A stretch of 64,000 nucleotides of DNA from the NCBI GenBank assembly GCA_038087875.1, contig JAXLNO010005073.1:62001-126000 (forward strand), given 5' to 3'. Shown here in pieces: positions 24,915 through 36,799 of the stretch (position 1 is its first letter; every line of letters begins with the position of its first letter). A model generated the notes under the pieces. The model was not told where the DNA came from. It saw only the letters and a program-made list of their open reading frames with translations, and made no database searches. Both the position numbers and the translations under genes were made by a program. The stretch comes from Malacoraja senta (taxonomy: Eukaryota).

Positions 24915-26435
24915 TTTAGAAACATAGAAAATATGTGCAGGAGTAGGTCATTCGGCCCTTCGAGCCTGCACCGCCATTCAATGTGGTCATGGCTGATCAT
25001 CCAACTCAGTATCCTGTACCTGCCTTCTCTCCTTACCCCCTGATCCCTTTAGCCACAAGGGCCACATCTAACTCCCTCTTAAATATAGCCAATGAACTGG
25101 CCTCAACTACCTTCTGTGGCAGAGAATTCCACAGATTCACCACTCTCTGTGTGAAAAATGTTTTTCTCATCTCGGTCCTAAAAGACTTTCCCCTTATCCT
25201 TAAACTGTGACCCCCTTGTCCTGGACTTCCCCAACATCGGGAACAATCTACCTGCATCTAGCCTCTCCAACCCCTTAAGAAGTTTCAGTAAGATCCCCCA
25301 TCAATCTTCTAAATTCTAGCGGGTACAAGCCGAGTCTATCCAGTCTTTCTTCATATGAAAGTCCTGACATCCCAGGAATCAGTCTGGTGAACCTTCTCTG
25401 TACTCCCTCATTGGCAAGAATGTCTTTCCTCAGATTTGGAGACCAAAACTGTACGCAATACTCCAGGTGTGGTCTCACCAAGACCCTGTACAACTGCAGT
25501 AGAACCTCCCTGTCCTATACTCAAATCCTCTTGCTATGAAGGCCAACATACCATTCGCTTTCTTCACTGCTTGCTGCACCTGCATGCCTACTTTCAATGA
25601 CTGGTGTACCATGACACCCAGGTCTCGTTGCATCTCCCCTTTTCCTAATTGGCCACCATCCAGATAATAGTCTACTTTCCTGTTTTTGCCACCAAAGTGC
25701 ATAACCTCACATTTATCCACATTATACTGCATCTACCATGCATTTGCCCACTCACCCAGCCTATCCAAGTCACCTTTCAGCCTCCTAGCATCCTCCTCAC
25801 AGCTAACACTGCCCCCCAGCTTCGTGTCATCCGCAAACTTGGAGATGTTGCATTCAATTCCCTCATCCAAATCAATAATATATATTGTAAATAGCTGGGG
25901 TCCCAGCAGTGAGCCTTGCGGTACCCCACTAGTCACTGCCTGCCATTCTGAAAAGGACCCGTTTACTCCTACACTTTGCTTCCTGTTTGCCAGCCAATTC
26001 TCCATCCACATCAATACTGAACCCCGAATACCATGTGCTTTAAGTTTGTATACTAATCTCTTATGAGGGACCTTGTCGAAAGCCTTCTGAAAGTCCAGAT
26101 ATAACACATCCACTGGTTCTCCCTTATCCACTCTACTAGTTACATCCTCGAAAAATTCTATAAGATTCGTCAGACATGATTTACCTTTCGTAAATCCACG
26201 CTGATATTGTCCAATAATTTCACCACTTTCCAAATGTGCTGCTATCCCATCTTTAATAACTGACTCTAGCAGTTTCCCCACTACTGATGTTAGACTAACT
26301 GGTCTGTAATTCCCCGTTTTCTCTCTCCCTCCCTTTTTAAAAAGTGGGGTTACATTAGCTACCCTCCAATCCTCAGGAACTACTCCAGAATCTAAAGAGT
26401 TTTGAAATATTATCACTAATGCATCCACTATTTCT
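24915..26435 (-). mobile_element. CR1 RT and 3' end
   Basis: ORFs 25733-26464, 25475-25732, 25275-25493 and 25033-25257; tail near 24915. Confidence 0.9.
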
Positions 26436-27139
26436 GCTTGCAGCTCTTGTTGTGTCTGCAGCAACTTAAATCAGTCTAAAGACTTCCTTAAAATCTATTG
26501 AAAGCTATAGAAATAATACAATTTAATATCGAGTAGATGTAATAATCAAAATGCTGTATTTACTCAGTTATTCCAATGTTGTGTGTAATTATCTCCTGAG
26601 TTTCACACAAGGTAAACCCACCAGTCACCATCCTCATGATCATTCAATTTCTTCTGCAACTTTCAGTTTTCTCCAAATCAAACCGCACAGTTTGCACCAA
26701 GACCTTCACAACCTCTGGGAATAAATCACGTCCCTTCCAGTTCAATTCAGTTTTGTTCAGTGTCACGATTCTGAGGTAAAGTGAAAAGCTTTTGCAGAAT
26801 GCTAACCAGCCTGGAGAAAGACGAGTATAATGAATGCTATTCACAACTGAAGTTAGAATACTTTCCAGTAACACATATTCAAGCAGATGACTGTGTGATG
26901 TTTGAAATGTCTATGATAATGGCAAATGACAGAATCTGTTGTTTTGTCATAAATGGAACGGTCAATATTCTTGCCTGTTCATGCTGTAGTTGGTCCGATA
27001 GTTCAAACCAATATTCAATTGCATCAGATCATGGTGGAGCTTGGACTTAGGAGATCACCAGTGAGCTGCGTATGATAATCAAGCTACTACAATTTTTCAA
27101 AGTAAGTCCAATATTGAGAGCAATTTTCTCCTCAGTTCT

Positions 27140-27948
27140 TTTTTTTTTATTTTTTTTTTTAATTTTTATTTATTAGAAGTACATTACATTACAACCACAT
27201 ACATTAATACTCGTCATTTATATCTTCTTACAATTAATGTACTCCCTTTATTTATTTTTTTACACTAGAAAAGGAAAAGATTGAAAGAAAGAAGAAAGTG
27301 AAGGAAAAAGTGCAAGTGTAGAAAAGTGTAGAAAATGTAACAACAAAAAAGGACGAAGACCCTATAAGAGCGAAATTAAAAACAAAAAGAAAAAGAGTTA
27401 AGAAATAGGCCCTAAGAAAAGAAAAGAGAAAGAGAAAAAAAGAGAAACAAATGTTTTTTTTGAGCATCACGTAAATAGGACATACCAACTCTTCAACTAT
27501 CATCCCCCCTTACCTGACCTCAATTTTTTATTTTTTTAAAGTACTTTTGCACCCTATGTTTGTAATAATTCTATAAATGCAGACCACGTCAGGTGGAAGT
27601 GATCTGGTTTACCTGCTAGGAGGAGTCTTATCTCTTCTAGGTGTAATGTTTCAAACATATTTGAAATCCACATATTTATAGTTGGTATTGGAGCCTTCTT
27701 CCAAAATTTTAGAATTAGCTTTTTTCCAGTTATTAACCCATAGTCCATTAATTTCTTTTGAAACACATTTAGTTCTGGATCATCTTCCGTTATTCCGAAG
27801 ATAATCCATTCTGCTTTGGGTATCAGTCTTGTTTTAAATAACTTTGTAAAGATTTCAAAAATTTCATTCCAAAATTTTTGAATTTTTGTACAGAAGACGA
27901 ATGAGTGCGCTATATTAGCTTCTTGGGATTGACATTTATCACAAATAG
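27140..27948 (-). mobile_element. L1 3' fragment of the same family, with poly(A) tail
   Basis: Near-identical to 54930-55655; poly(T) on the + strand at 27138-27165; flanked by a 68-bp direct repeat. Confidence 0.92.
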
Positions 27949-28159
27949 ATGATAATCAAGGTACTACAAATTTTCAAAGTAAGTCCAATATTGAGAGCAA
28001 TTTTCTCCTCAGTTCTGAATTTCACTCAAGGTAGAACCTCCAGCAAATATTTTCACAATCACAAGTTTTTCCCCATGTCATTTGGTGTTCTCCAAGCCCA
28101 ACCTCACAGAGTTGCACCAAGATCTTCTCAGCCTAGAGATATAGACACGAGAGATACAT

Positions 28160-28232
28160 TGTGTTCCAGGTGTACACTGGCCCTATCCCCGAACTCTATC
28201 CCCATTACATTGATGACTGCATCGGTACTAGA
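28160..28232 (+). mobile_element. Penelope-like RT micro-fragment (mirror copy at ~31110-31185, minus strand)
   Basis: Translates as VFQVYTGPIPELYPHYIDDCIG, matching the Penelope (L/Y)RYIDD catalytic region. Confidence 0.6.
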
Positions 28233-28437
28233 AAATATATCCACAATATGCAAGCACAATCCATACCCAGAATTGTTTGGTCATGCTAGTGGAGTGGCAC
28301 AAATTGACCCAGTTAGTCACCATCATAACTTGGAAATACATTGCTGATCCTTCGTTATTTGTGGGGCCTACTCCTATCATTTACGTCATTTACTAAACAC
28401 GTCATTTACTAAACACGTCATTTATTAAACACTCGAA

Positions 28438-28679
28438 ATTTAGTTGAGATAAAAAATAGGAAGCGAAACAGCCCAGAGCTTAGAATGGACAAATCATTGT
28501 GGTTAAACTGCAAGATAGTTCTTCATGCAGCCTTGCCCATTGCTCTGAATGATTCAGGACCTGATGCAAAATTCAGAGCAATGGTCAAGGCTGCAGGAAG
28601 AGCTGTCTTGCAATTTAACCACAATGATTTGTTTTTTTAACCACAATGATTTGCTTCCTGTTTTTTATCTCGACTAAAT
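28438..28679. repeat. Imperfect 242-bp fold-back (arms about 110 bp, 20-nt loop)
   Basis: 28438-28550 is the reverse complement of 28571-28679, with indels. Confidence 0.85.
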
Positions 28680-31600
28680 ATCACAATGTGTAAATAAACA
28701 TCAGAAGTGTGAAGGACAAAGACAATATCAAACCATCCCAAAACCTATTGAAACATGCAAAAGAGAATTAGGGGTGGATTATTTGTCACTTTGAGCCTGT
28801 TTAATCATTCCAAACAATCTCATATTCCAATTCTCTCCCGATAAATGTTGATGCATTTTATGTGAAATAAATCTATCCCCTATTTAACAGGATTCAGTGA
28901 CCTGCCATCTACCATTTTCTGTGGTGTAAATTTCAATGGCCCACCATATTCACAATGAAGAAATGTCTCAGCCCTAAATGTTTCACACCTTATCTTGAGT
29001 CCAAAACCCCTTGTTCCAGAACCTACAGTCACTGGAAATATCTTTATGTATCGAGTCTGTCTAGCTCTGCTTTGAATTTTGTTTAATTTAGAGAGGTCAT
29101 GTTTAAGTCTTCCAAATTCCAGTGGCTACTGGCTCAGTCAGCTCCTCCTCTCCTTACACATTATTCCTGCCATTCCAGGAATCAGTCTGGTCAGCCTTGG
29201 CTGCATTACATCTGTGGCTGAAAAACCCTTTCTCCGATAAGGAGAGCACAAAGACATGTTTGGAGAGACATGGGCCAGGCACAGCCAATTGTGATGGGGT
29301 CAGTTGGACATCTTGGTCAGCATGTGTGCGTTGGGTCGATGTGTCTATTTCCATGCTCTACAGCTCTATGACTCTCTGCTGCATCTGTGTATATTTGGCA
29401 AGTAACTCAACTGACTGACATCACCTGGAAACCTCTTTGCATCCTCTTTGCTTCTCCTACTTCCTCTCATTTTCATGTCATCAAACTTAGAAACATTAAA
29501 TTTGTTTCCTTGTCAATACCATTGATGAACATTGAAAATAATGGACTCAAGAACTGGATTGATTCTGGATCATTCATCACCAACTGCCACCCTAATGAAG
29601 TCTTCTCTCTGTTTCCTGTCTGCCAAATAATTTTCAATTCATGCCTGTTTAATATTGTCTAATCCACATATTAAAAAATTCAAAGACTTTCTAAAAATTT
29701 GTCACATCCTCTTGTTCTCCCTGAAACAAACAAAAACTATCTGCCGGAGGGACTCAGTGGGTCAGGCAGCATCTGTCGAGGAAAATGTGCAGATGACCCT
29801 GTATCGTGACCCTTCTTCAGTTGCCAATGGTCATCTGTCCATTTACTTCCACAGATGATTCCTGATCCACAAATTCCCTCCAGCAGTTTGCTCTTTGCTC
29901 GTGTTTCCAGAATCTGCTAACTCTTGGGTCTCCACATCTTCCCCCTTATCTATTCTACATGGTACATCACCATCATCTCCAATAGATTTGTTTGCCATGA
30001 TTTCACTTACATAAATTCAAAAAGACATTGTCTTATCGCATAAATTATTTTAAAATATCCAAACACTGTTTTGGAACCTGGAAACACCAAACTAGGTTGG
30101 AGATTGAAATATTTACATCCAGCAAGTAGCAAACTGGAAATTTAATATGTAGAAAACAATAAAGAGCAGTAATTTAGTAGAGAGAAACACCACAATATAC
30201 AATAGACAATAGGAACAATAGAAACACCACTATTTTATTTTTTAATCAGTAGGAAGTAGCAACAATAATTTTAAAAATTATGCTTTTTGGTCAAGATACC
30301 AACAATGCAATAGTTAGTTACTATCCTTATAATAAATGCATCCTCAGCACACATGCCCCATGTTCTGTTCTCATAGTAATTAAAAAAATTACATAAATAG
30401 AATTACACGGAATTACTTTTAAATGTAAAGGGTAAATAGATAAGTTGTTTCTGAAGATAACATCAGCGTAAAAGAGGAAGGATCTGTGTTAGGTCCTGTT
30501 TACACTTCTGCTGTGAAACTCAGCAAGTGCCTCAACGGAGACATTTGCAGCAGTTAAGACAGGGGGTGATGTTTAAAATGTGAGAGTGACAGACAGTGTA
30601 GGTTGGAGGGGGTGATATGATGAATTACGAAGAGAAAGATTCAGGAGCTGGGGGGAAATATCAAAACAGAGGGTGAGCAGCAATAAAAATGAATTGTATT
30701 TCTCTGCAAAATTCACACAATATGGGGGAAATGAGTTGTTAACCCGGATTAAGGAAGGAGCCTGATTAGATTTCTTGTCACAATGAGGACGACACTAACT
30801 CCTGAGCTGATGATGAGCTGCACTTTGTGATTCCCTCCAGAATTGTTGCTTATAAATCTATGCTTTTGGATGTGGGCCTCAGTGCTTAGGCTTCCATTTT
30901 TAACCCATGAGGATGTGACCATCCTTATTTCACCACTGAGGTGTTTAGTAAATGATGTAAATTATAGGAGTAGGCCCCACAAATAACGAAGGATCAGCAA
31001 TGTATTTCCAAGTTATGATGGTGACTCACTGGGTCAATTTGTGCCACTCGAATAACTTGACCAAGCAATTCTGGGTATGGATTGTGTTTGCATAATGTGG
31101 ATATATTTTCTAGCACCGATGCAGTCATCAATGTAATGGGGATAGAGTTTGGGGATAGGGCCAGTGTACACCTGGAACACAATGTATCTCTCGTGTCTAT
31201 ATCTCTAGGCTGTGAAGATCTTGGTGCAACTCTGTGAGGTTGGGCTTGGAGAACACCAAATGACAGAGGGAAAAACTAGTGATTGTGAAAATGTTTGCTG
31301 GAGGTTCTACCTTGAGTGAAATTCAGAACTGAGGAGAAAATTGCTCTCAATATTGGACTTACTTTGAAAAATTGTAGTAGTTTGATTATCATATGCAGCT
31401 CATTGGTGACCTCCTAAGTCCAACCTCCACCATGATCTGATGCAATGAATATTAGTTTGATCTATCGGACCAACTACAGCATGAACAGGCAAGAATATTG
31501 ACCGTTCCATTTATTACAAAACAACAGATTCTGTCATTTGCCATTATCATAGACCTTTCAAACATCACACAGTCATCTGCTTGAATATGTGTTACTGGAA

Positions 31601-31849
31601 ACTATTCTAACTTCAGTTGTGAATAGCATTCATTATACTTGTCTTTCTCCAGGCTGGTTAGCACTCCCCAATGCCCTTGACATTTGATATCCTCCAATAA
31701 CCTTTAGAAAGATGAGGTTCCATGTCTCAACGCATCCAATGCATGCTTGAGCTCAGTAAATTCCCATTTTCCTTTGCCGAAATAAGGTTTTACAAGATGG
31801 GTTTTACGCTGACACAAACTCTTTCAACAGAAGTGATGTCTGAACCATG

Positions 31850-31980
31850 AGCAGGAGAGGAAGAGGAAGGTCCTGTAGTTTCATAAGACACAGAGTGAGA
31901 CTGGGGAACTCAGTGTGTCGCCGTGCTTGGAGCTTTGCTGCCCAAGTCTCTGGACTCGTTCACCAGTCTCTTCCCACAAG
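31850..31980 (+). promoter_or_regulatory. Duplicate distal promoter and non-coding exon 1
   Basis: Paralog of 33730-33863 with GAGGAAGAGGAAG and the same donor cacaag|gtaggc at 31981. Confidence 0.4.
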
Positions 31981-32159
31981 GTAGGCGACCTTACTACAGG
32001 TTCACTTCAGGTAAAGGAGTGGTTTAAATGGGATCTAGAAACGGAACTCCGTGTTCAATAATTTCTAACGTGTGATATTCCACTCCTACAACCATTTATT
32101 AGACTGTTACAGTCTGTTCTGCTTTAGAATTTACAAGGACATTGAAACTTAATGAATAA

Positions 32160-32355
32160 TGAAGAGAGACACAAAATGCTGGAGTAACTCAGCGGGACAG
32201 GCAGCATCTCTGGAGAGAAAGATGGGTGACGTTTCGTGTCGAGACCTTTCTTCAGACCCAGACTTCTTCAACCCGAAACGTCACCCATTCCTTCTTTCCA
32301 GAGATGCTGCCTGTCCCGCCCAGTTACTCCCGCCCAGTTACTTTAGTGTCTATAT
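32160..32355. repeat. Fold-back element with hammerhead-like cores (relatives at 29730-29925, 41420-41530, 42465-42650 and 49895-50055)
   Basis: Arms ggagtaactcagcgggacaggcagcatctctgg and its reverse complement; CTGAAGA...GAAACGTC core. Confidence 0.7.
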
Positions 32356-33729
32356 TCGGTATCAAGCAGCATCTGTAGTTCCTTCCAACACGAAACTTTA
32401 TCAATGTATTTTTGTCTCCATTGTTACCACTAGAAACTTAATGAAGCTAAATTACCAGCATCTTCCATTTTACCCATTTGGGCTTTCTTCTTTGTTGCCT
32501 GGTCAATCTAATGTATCCATGCTCATGTGGATTTTATTTTCCCCATTTCTCCGGCAATCCTCTGGGACTGGTTGAGGATGTTCAACGTCCTCGCCGTTCT
32601 GTTGCCCACTCAATTAATTGTCTGACTAGTGAGGTACAAATGAGTTTAAACCATTCTACCGAGAAGCAGGAAGTAAGTGGGTCAAGAATGAAAATGTCGG
32701 CGTACAGATGAGTCGTTTCAGTCAAGGCAAACCGACTGAATGTGGTTGTGAAATCCCAGATTAAAGCAGTGACAATATTCCAGTGGCAGATTCCACAGAG
32801 GAATGGTCCTTCCCCGTGTAATTGTGTGCGGTTAATTCTCAAATGGTCCGGGCCCAGTGTTTTCAAAGTGGCTGTGTTCAATACAACACTTGCCAACTAG
32901 CAATTTACTGCAGCATTTCCTTTGCAAATTATTTAGTGTCCCTGTTCCGTTCAAGATCACACGACGATCAAACATTCTTAAGTATGATTTTATAGATCAT
33001 CACCACTTCAAATGGTGACATTTGTTTTAGAGAAATGCAAGGTGGTTATGCGGGTTATTCTCAGAGGCTGTGAAGGTCTTGGTGCACTCTGTGAGGTTGA
33101 ACTAGGAGAACACTGCAAGATGCAGGAACAATTTGGATGCGAATGAAAATATTGGGAGGAGGTTCCACCTTGAGTGAAATTAAAAGCTCGGGAGAAAATT
33201 TGCATTCAATATTGTAGTAAGTTTGAAAATAATGTATGATCCTGATTCTCAAATGCACCTCATTTGTAACCCCCTAAACCCACAGTGATCTGATACATTT
33301 GGATATATATTTAAACTGCAGGACCAGCTATAATGGTATATGGACATATAATGGTATATGGACACACTGATCTGTTTTGTAGTCAATGCCTACTATGTTC
33401 TGTTGTGCTGAAGCAAGAATTTCATTGTCCTATCAGGGACACATGACAATAAACTCACTTGAACTTGTGCTAAAGCTTTAACATCGCTGGAAGGCGTGAA
33501 TATTGACCATGTTCCCTTCGTTACAAAACAACAGATTCCCTCGTTTGCCATTATCTTAGACATTTGCCACCCACTAATAGCATTTTATATAAGGAGGTTC
33601 CAAGTGTAAACTTATCCAATATATTTGTGATCTCAGGAAATTCCCGATTTGGTTTGTCCAAATTAGCTTTTACAAGATGATTTTTAATCTGAGGCAAACA
33701 TTATCAACACAAATGGTGTCTGAATCCTG

Positions 33730-33863
33730 AGCTGGAAAGAAAGAGGAAGGATGTTTTCCCTTCCAAAGAAACTGTGTGAGACTGTGAATCTCAGTGTGTA
33801 ACCGTGCTTGGAGCTTTGTTGCTCAGTCTCTGTACTCGTTCACCATCAGTCTCTTCTCACAAG
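33730..33863 (+). promoter_or_regulatory. Putative proximal promoter and non-coding exon 1
   Basis: AAAGAGGAAG ETS/PU.1-like motif near 33738; donor cacaag|gtaggc at 33864, 901 nt upstream of the leader acceptor; conserved in the duplicate copy. Confidence 0.45.
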
Positions 33864-34089
33864 GTAGGCGACCTCACTGCACTCTCACTTCATGTCAAAG
33901 AGTGGTTTAAAAGGTATCCACAAACTGAACAATGTTGGATGTCCTGTAAACTGTGGTTTATCACTCATTCAATCAGTTTGTTCCACTTTAGATTTGACAA
34001 GGGCATACAAACTTTATTAACTTCGTTTTGCCTCCTTTATTTCTCACAGCTAAATGACCAGCATATGCCATTTTCCTACTGGTTTCAAT

Positions 34090-34310
34090 AGACAATAGAC
34101 AATAGGTGCAGGAGTAGGCCATTCAATGTGATCATGGCTGATTTTCCCCAATCAGTTCCCCGTTCCTGCCTTCTCCCCATATCCCATGACTCCGCTATCT
34201 GTAAGAGCCCTTAGCTCTCTCTTAAAAGCATCCAGAGAACCGGCTTCCACCGCCCTCTGAGGCAGAGAATTCCACACACTCACAACTCTCAGTGAGAAAA
34301 ACTGTTTCCT
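34090..34310 (-). mobile_element. CR1 3' tail fragment (similar pieces at 5935-6140, 8680-8885, 42060-42430, 45930-46110, 47700-48030 and 51820-52040)
   Basis: caatagacaataggtgcaggagtaggcc and cctgccttctccccatatccc motifs. Confidence 0.75.
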
Positions 34311-34767
34311 CGTCTCCGTTTCCAAGTCAATCTAAATTGAATACATTTTTCCCGTTTCGCTGACAACGTCCTGGGACCGTTTGAGAATATTGAATGTCCC
34401 TTGCCATTCTGTTGCCTTCTCTGTTCATTGACTCACTAGCGAGGTCTGATTTAGTTGAGAATATTTTACCGAGTGGTAGGAGGTAATTGAGTCAAACATT
34501 AAAAAAGGTGGAGTTCAGATGAATGATTTGGGACAAGGCAAACCGATAGCGGTTGAATATGGTGGTGAAATCCCTGATTACTGAAGTGACAATATTCCAG
34601 CGGCAGAGTCCACCAAGCGAATGTATTTTCCCCGTGTAATTGTGTGCGGCCAATTCTAAAGCGTCCCGGGGTCAGGAGTTTCAAACTGGCTGTACTCAAT
34701 ACAACATTTGCCAACTACCAATTTACTGATCCTTAGTCTAAAACTGCACCTTATTTCCAAACAGAGA

Positions 34768-34864
34768 ATGCACAAAATGAGGCCGAGGTTTCTCTGCAGC
34801 AGTTTGCCACTTGGTTTGATGTTCGTTTTCTTTGTTTTCCTGCTTCGACCAGTTTCCACACAGA
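34768..34864 (+). CDS. Ig-superfamily receptor, leader exon (MHKMRPRFLCSSLPLGLMFVFFVFLLRPVSTQ)
   Basis: Acceptor ttatttccaaacAG at 34763-34764, ATG at 34768 (second ATG at 34777), hydrophobic signal-peptide core, donor A|gtaagt at 34865, phase 1. Confidence 0.8.
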
Positions 34865-34939
34865 GTAAGTGCTTTCTCTTCGCCGGTCACAATCACCTTG
34901 CATTAATTATCATTGTCCGTGTAAACCCACATCCATTGT

Positions 34940-35720
34940 CAATCTCGCTTTACTCTCAACATCCCTGAATGTGTTGCTGCCTCATAAATCCACACCATCC
35001 TTCCTGGACCTCCATTCCACATCCCTGAATGTGTTGCTGCCTCATAAATCCACACCATCCTTCCTGGACCTCCATTCCACATCCCTGTATGTGTTGCTGC
35101 CTCACAAATCCACGCCATCCTTCCTGAACCTCCATTCCACATCCCCGTATGTGTTGCTGCCTCATAAATCCACACCATCCTTGCTGGACCTCCATTCCAC
35201 ATCCCTGTATGTGTTGCTGCGTCACAAATCCACACCATCCTTCCTGGACCTCCATTCCACATCCCTGAACGTGTTGCAGCCTCACAAGTCCACGCCATTC
35301 TTGCTGGACCTCCATTTCTGAGCCCATCCCATCAACTCCCTCTCCTTCTCCAGCACCGACACGGTCCTTATCAAAGTCAGAAATGGCCTCCTGTGAGCTT
35401 GTTGCAGAGTTAAACTCTCCCTCCTCATCCCGCTCAGCCTCTGCAGCCTTTGACACGGTTGTCCACACCATCCTTCCCAACATATCCTCACCACAGTCCA
35501 GGTGGGTGGAACTGCCCTCGACTTATCGATCCAGTCGCAGCCCGAGAACCACGCACAATGTCTTCACTTCACGCTCCCACAAAGTTCCTTCAAGACCAGG
35601 TGGAGTTCCTCCACTACCCCAACACTACCCCCTATCCCCACCTCCGTCTCCCTCCCTCCCACTCACTCATTTCTCTCATGTGATGAAATATCCCTGCATC
35701 AATCAGGCCAGGTTATTCCA
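34940..35720 (+). mobile_element. L2-type RT fragment in the intron after the leader exon
   Basis: SAAFDTVVHTIL (the LSAAFDTVDH motif) plus upstream RT sequence amplified as a minisatellite. Confidence 0.65.
34960..35317. repeat. 60-bp minisatellite, 6 copies
   Basis: Unit starts at 34960, 35020, 35080, 35140, 35200 and 35260. Confidence 0.95.
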
Positions 35721-35883
35721 CACACACATCTCTTCACAAACCGTGTCTTCCTCGCTGGGGTTTCCAAGGAAGATCACAACTGTCTGGAATTAAATTCAGT
35801 TCAAAATTAATGATTACAGATAAGGGGTGGGTGGGGAAAATGTGTTTTAAATATTAATTCTTCATTGTTCGTATTTGCAACAG

Positions 35884-36225
35884 AAAACAGAAATCGAATG
35901 CATTTCTTGGATAACCGAGGCGGCATTGTGTTAAACGGAACAGACAATTCTGAGAAAGACGCTGTTGTTGTCTGGGAATGGAATCCACACTCAGGGAAGG
36001 AAATCGGAATATTGACGACTTTTAGAAGAACGAGGGACTATTGGAGCGAAGTGAAGGCCGCTGGCGAGAGTATAGTGGACTTGTACCCGGAGATGTATGT
36101 GAATCCCTATACCCTTGATCTGACAATTGATAAACCCACATTTAAATGGGCGGGAATTTTCACTTTGGCTCAAACAGAACCGAGAAAGCAAATCCTGAAA
36201 CAATATGAAATATTTGGGATGAAAG
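35884..36225 (+). CDS. Ig domain 1 exon, V-like without cysteines
   Basis: Acceptor tttgcaacAG, donor AAG|gtgagt, 342 nt open and phase 1-1; strand pattern IVLNG...VVWEW...LDLTIDKPTFKWAGIFTL; paralogous to domain 5. Confidence 0.85.
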
Positions 36226-36799
36226 GTGAGTGGGTGCGATAAGGATCAATAATGTTTAATTGATCTCTGTAAATGTTGTCACCTATAATGATGAGAGATG
36301 GCGGGAATTGTGAGACTTCTTCCACCCGGTGAAAAGTTAAACAACTGGGGAAGTGTTTTTGTTAATTGATTCTGTAATGATCAGCAGGGGTGATAATAGT
36401 TTGATGACTTCACTGGGAACAGCAAATCAATGAATCGACCCGCAGCGAATACCATGGTCTTCTTGCCTGCACACGGTAAGGTGATCGCAGCAAGGTGGTA
36501 TGGAACCAATGTCTCCATGCAGTGGCCCCGGGGTGACACTGCTACTTAATGTTACCCTGTGACCAGGTGGATGGAAGTCCATCGCCTGTGGAACATGGGC
36601 TCTGCCATAGAGTTCACCTCTTGAGAGCAATCAGATACACCTTGAAGGAGTGGAAATAGATGCATTTTCAACAGTTTGTGAATATTTGAAACAGAGCATG
36701 TGTAAATACAACAACACCTGAATGTTGCCGGTTCCACCTGCAGTCACACGGTAAACAGCCGGCATTTCGCTGCGTCAATGTGACCAGCCACGGGTGTCA

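Larger units (their letters stand above)
26797..31665. repeat. Second inverted duplication (26797-28400 vs 30941-31665)
   Basis: Reverse-complement match once the L1 insertion in the left arm is removed. Confidence 0.9.
31200..34730 (+). repeat. Diverged tandem duplication of the gene's upstream region (about 31200-32910 and 33040-34730)
   Basis: Four colinear blocks shared, e.g. ttacaaaacaacagattc, ccgtgcttggagctttg and aatacaaca.ttgccaacta.caatttactg. Confidence 0.8.

Noticed and set aside
34869-35483. Repetitive ORFs of 119-175 aa on both strands
   Set aside because: Produced by the 60-bp (multiple of 3) minisatellite; no splice or start context.
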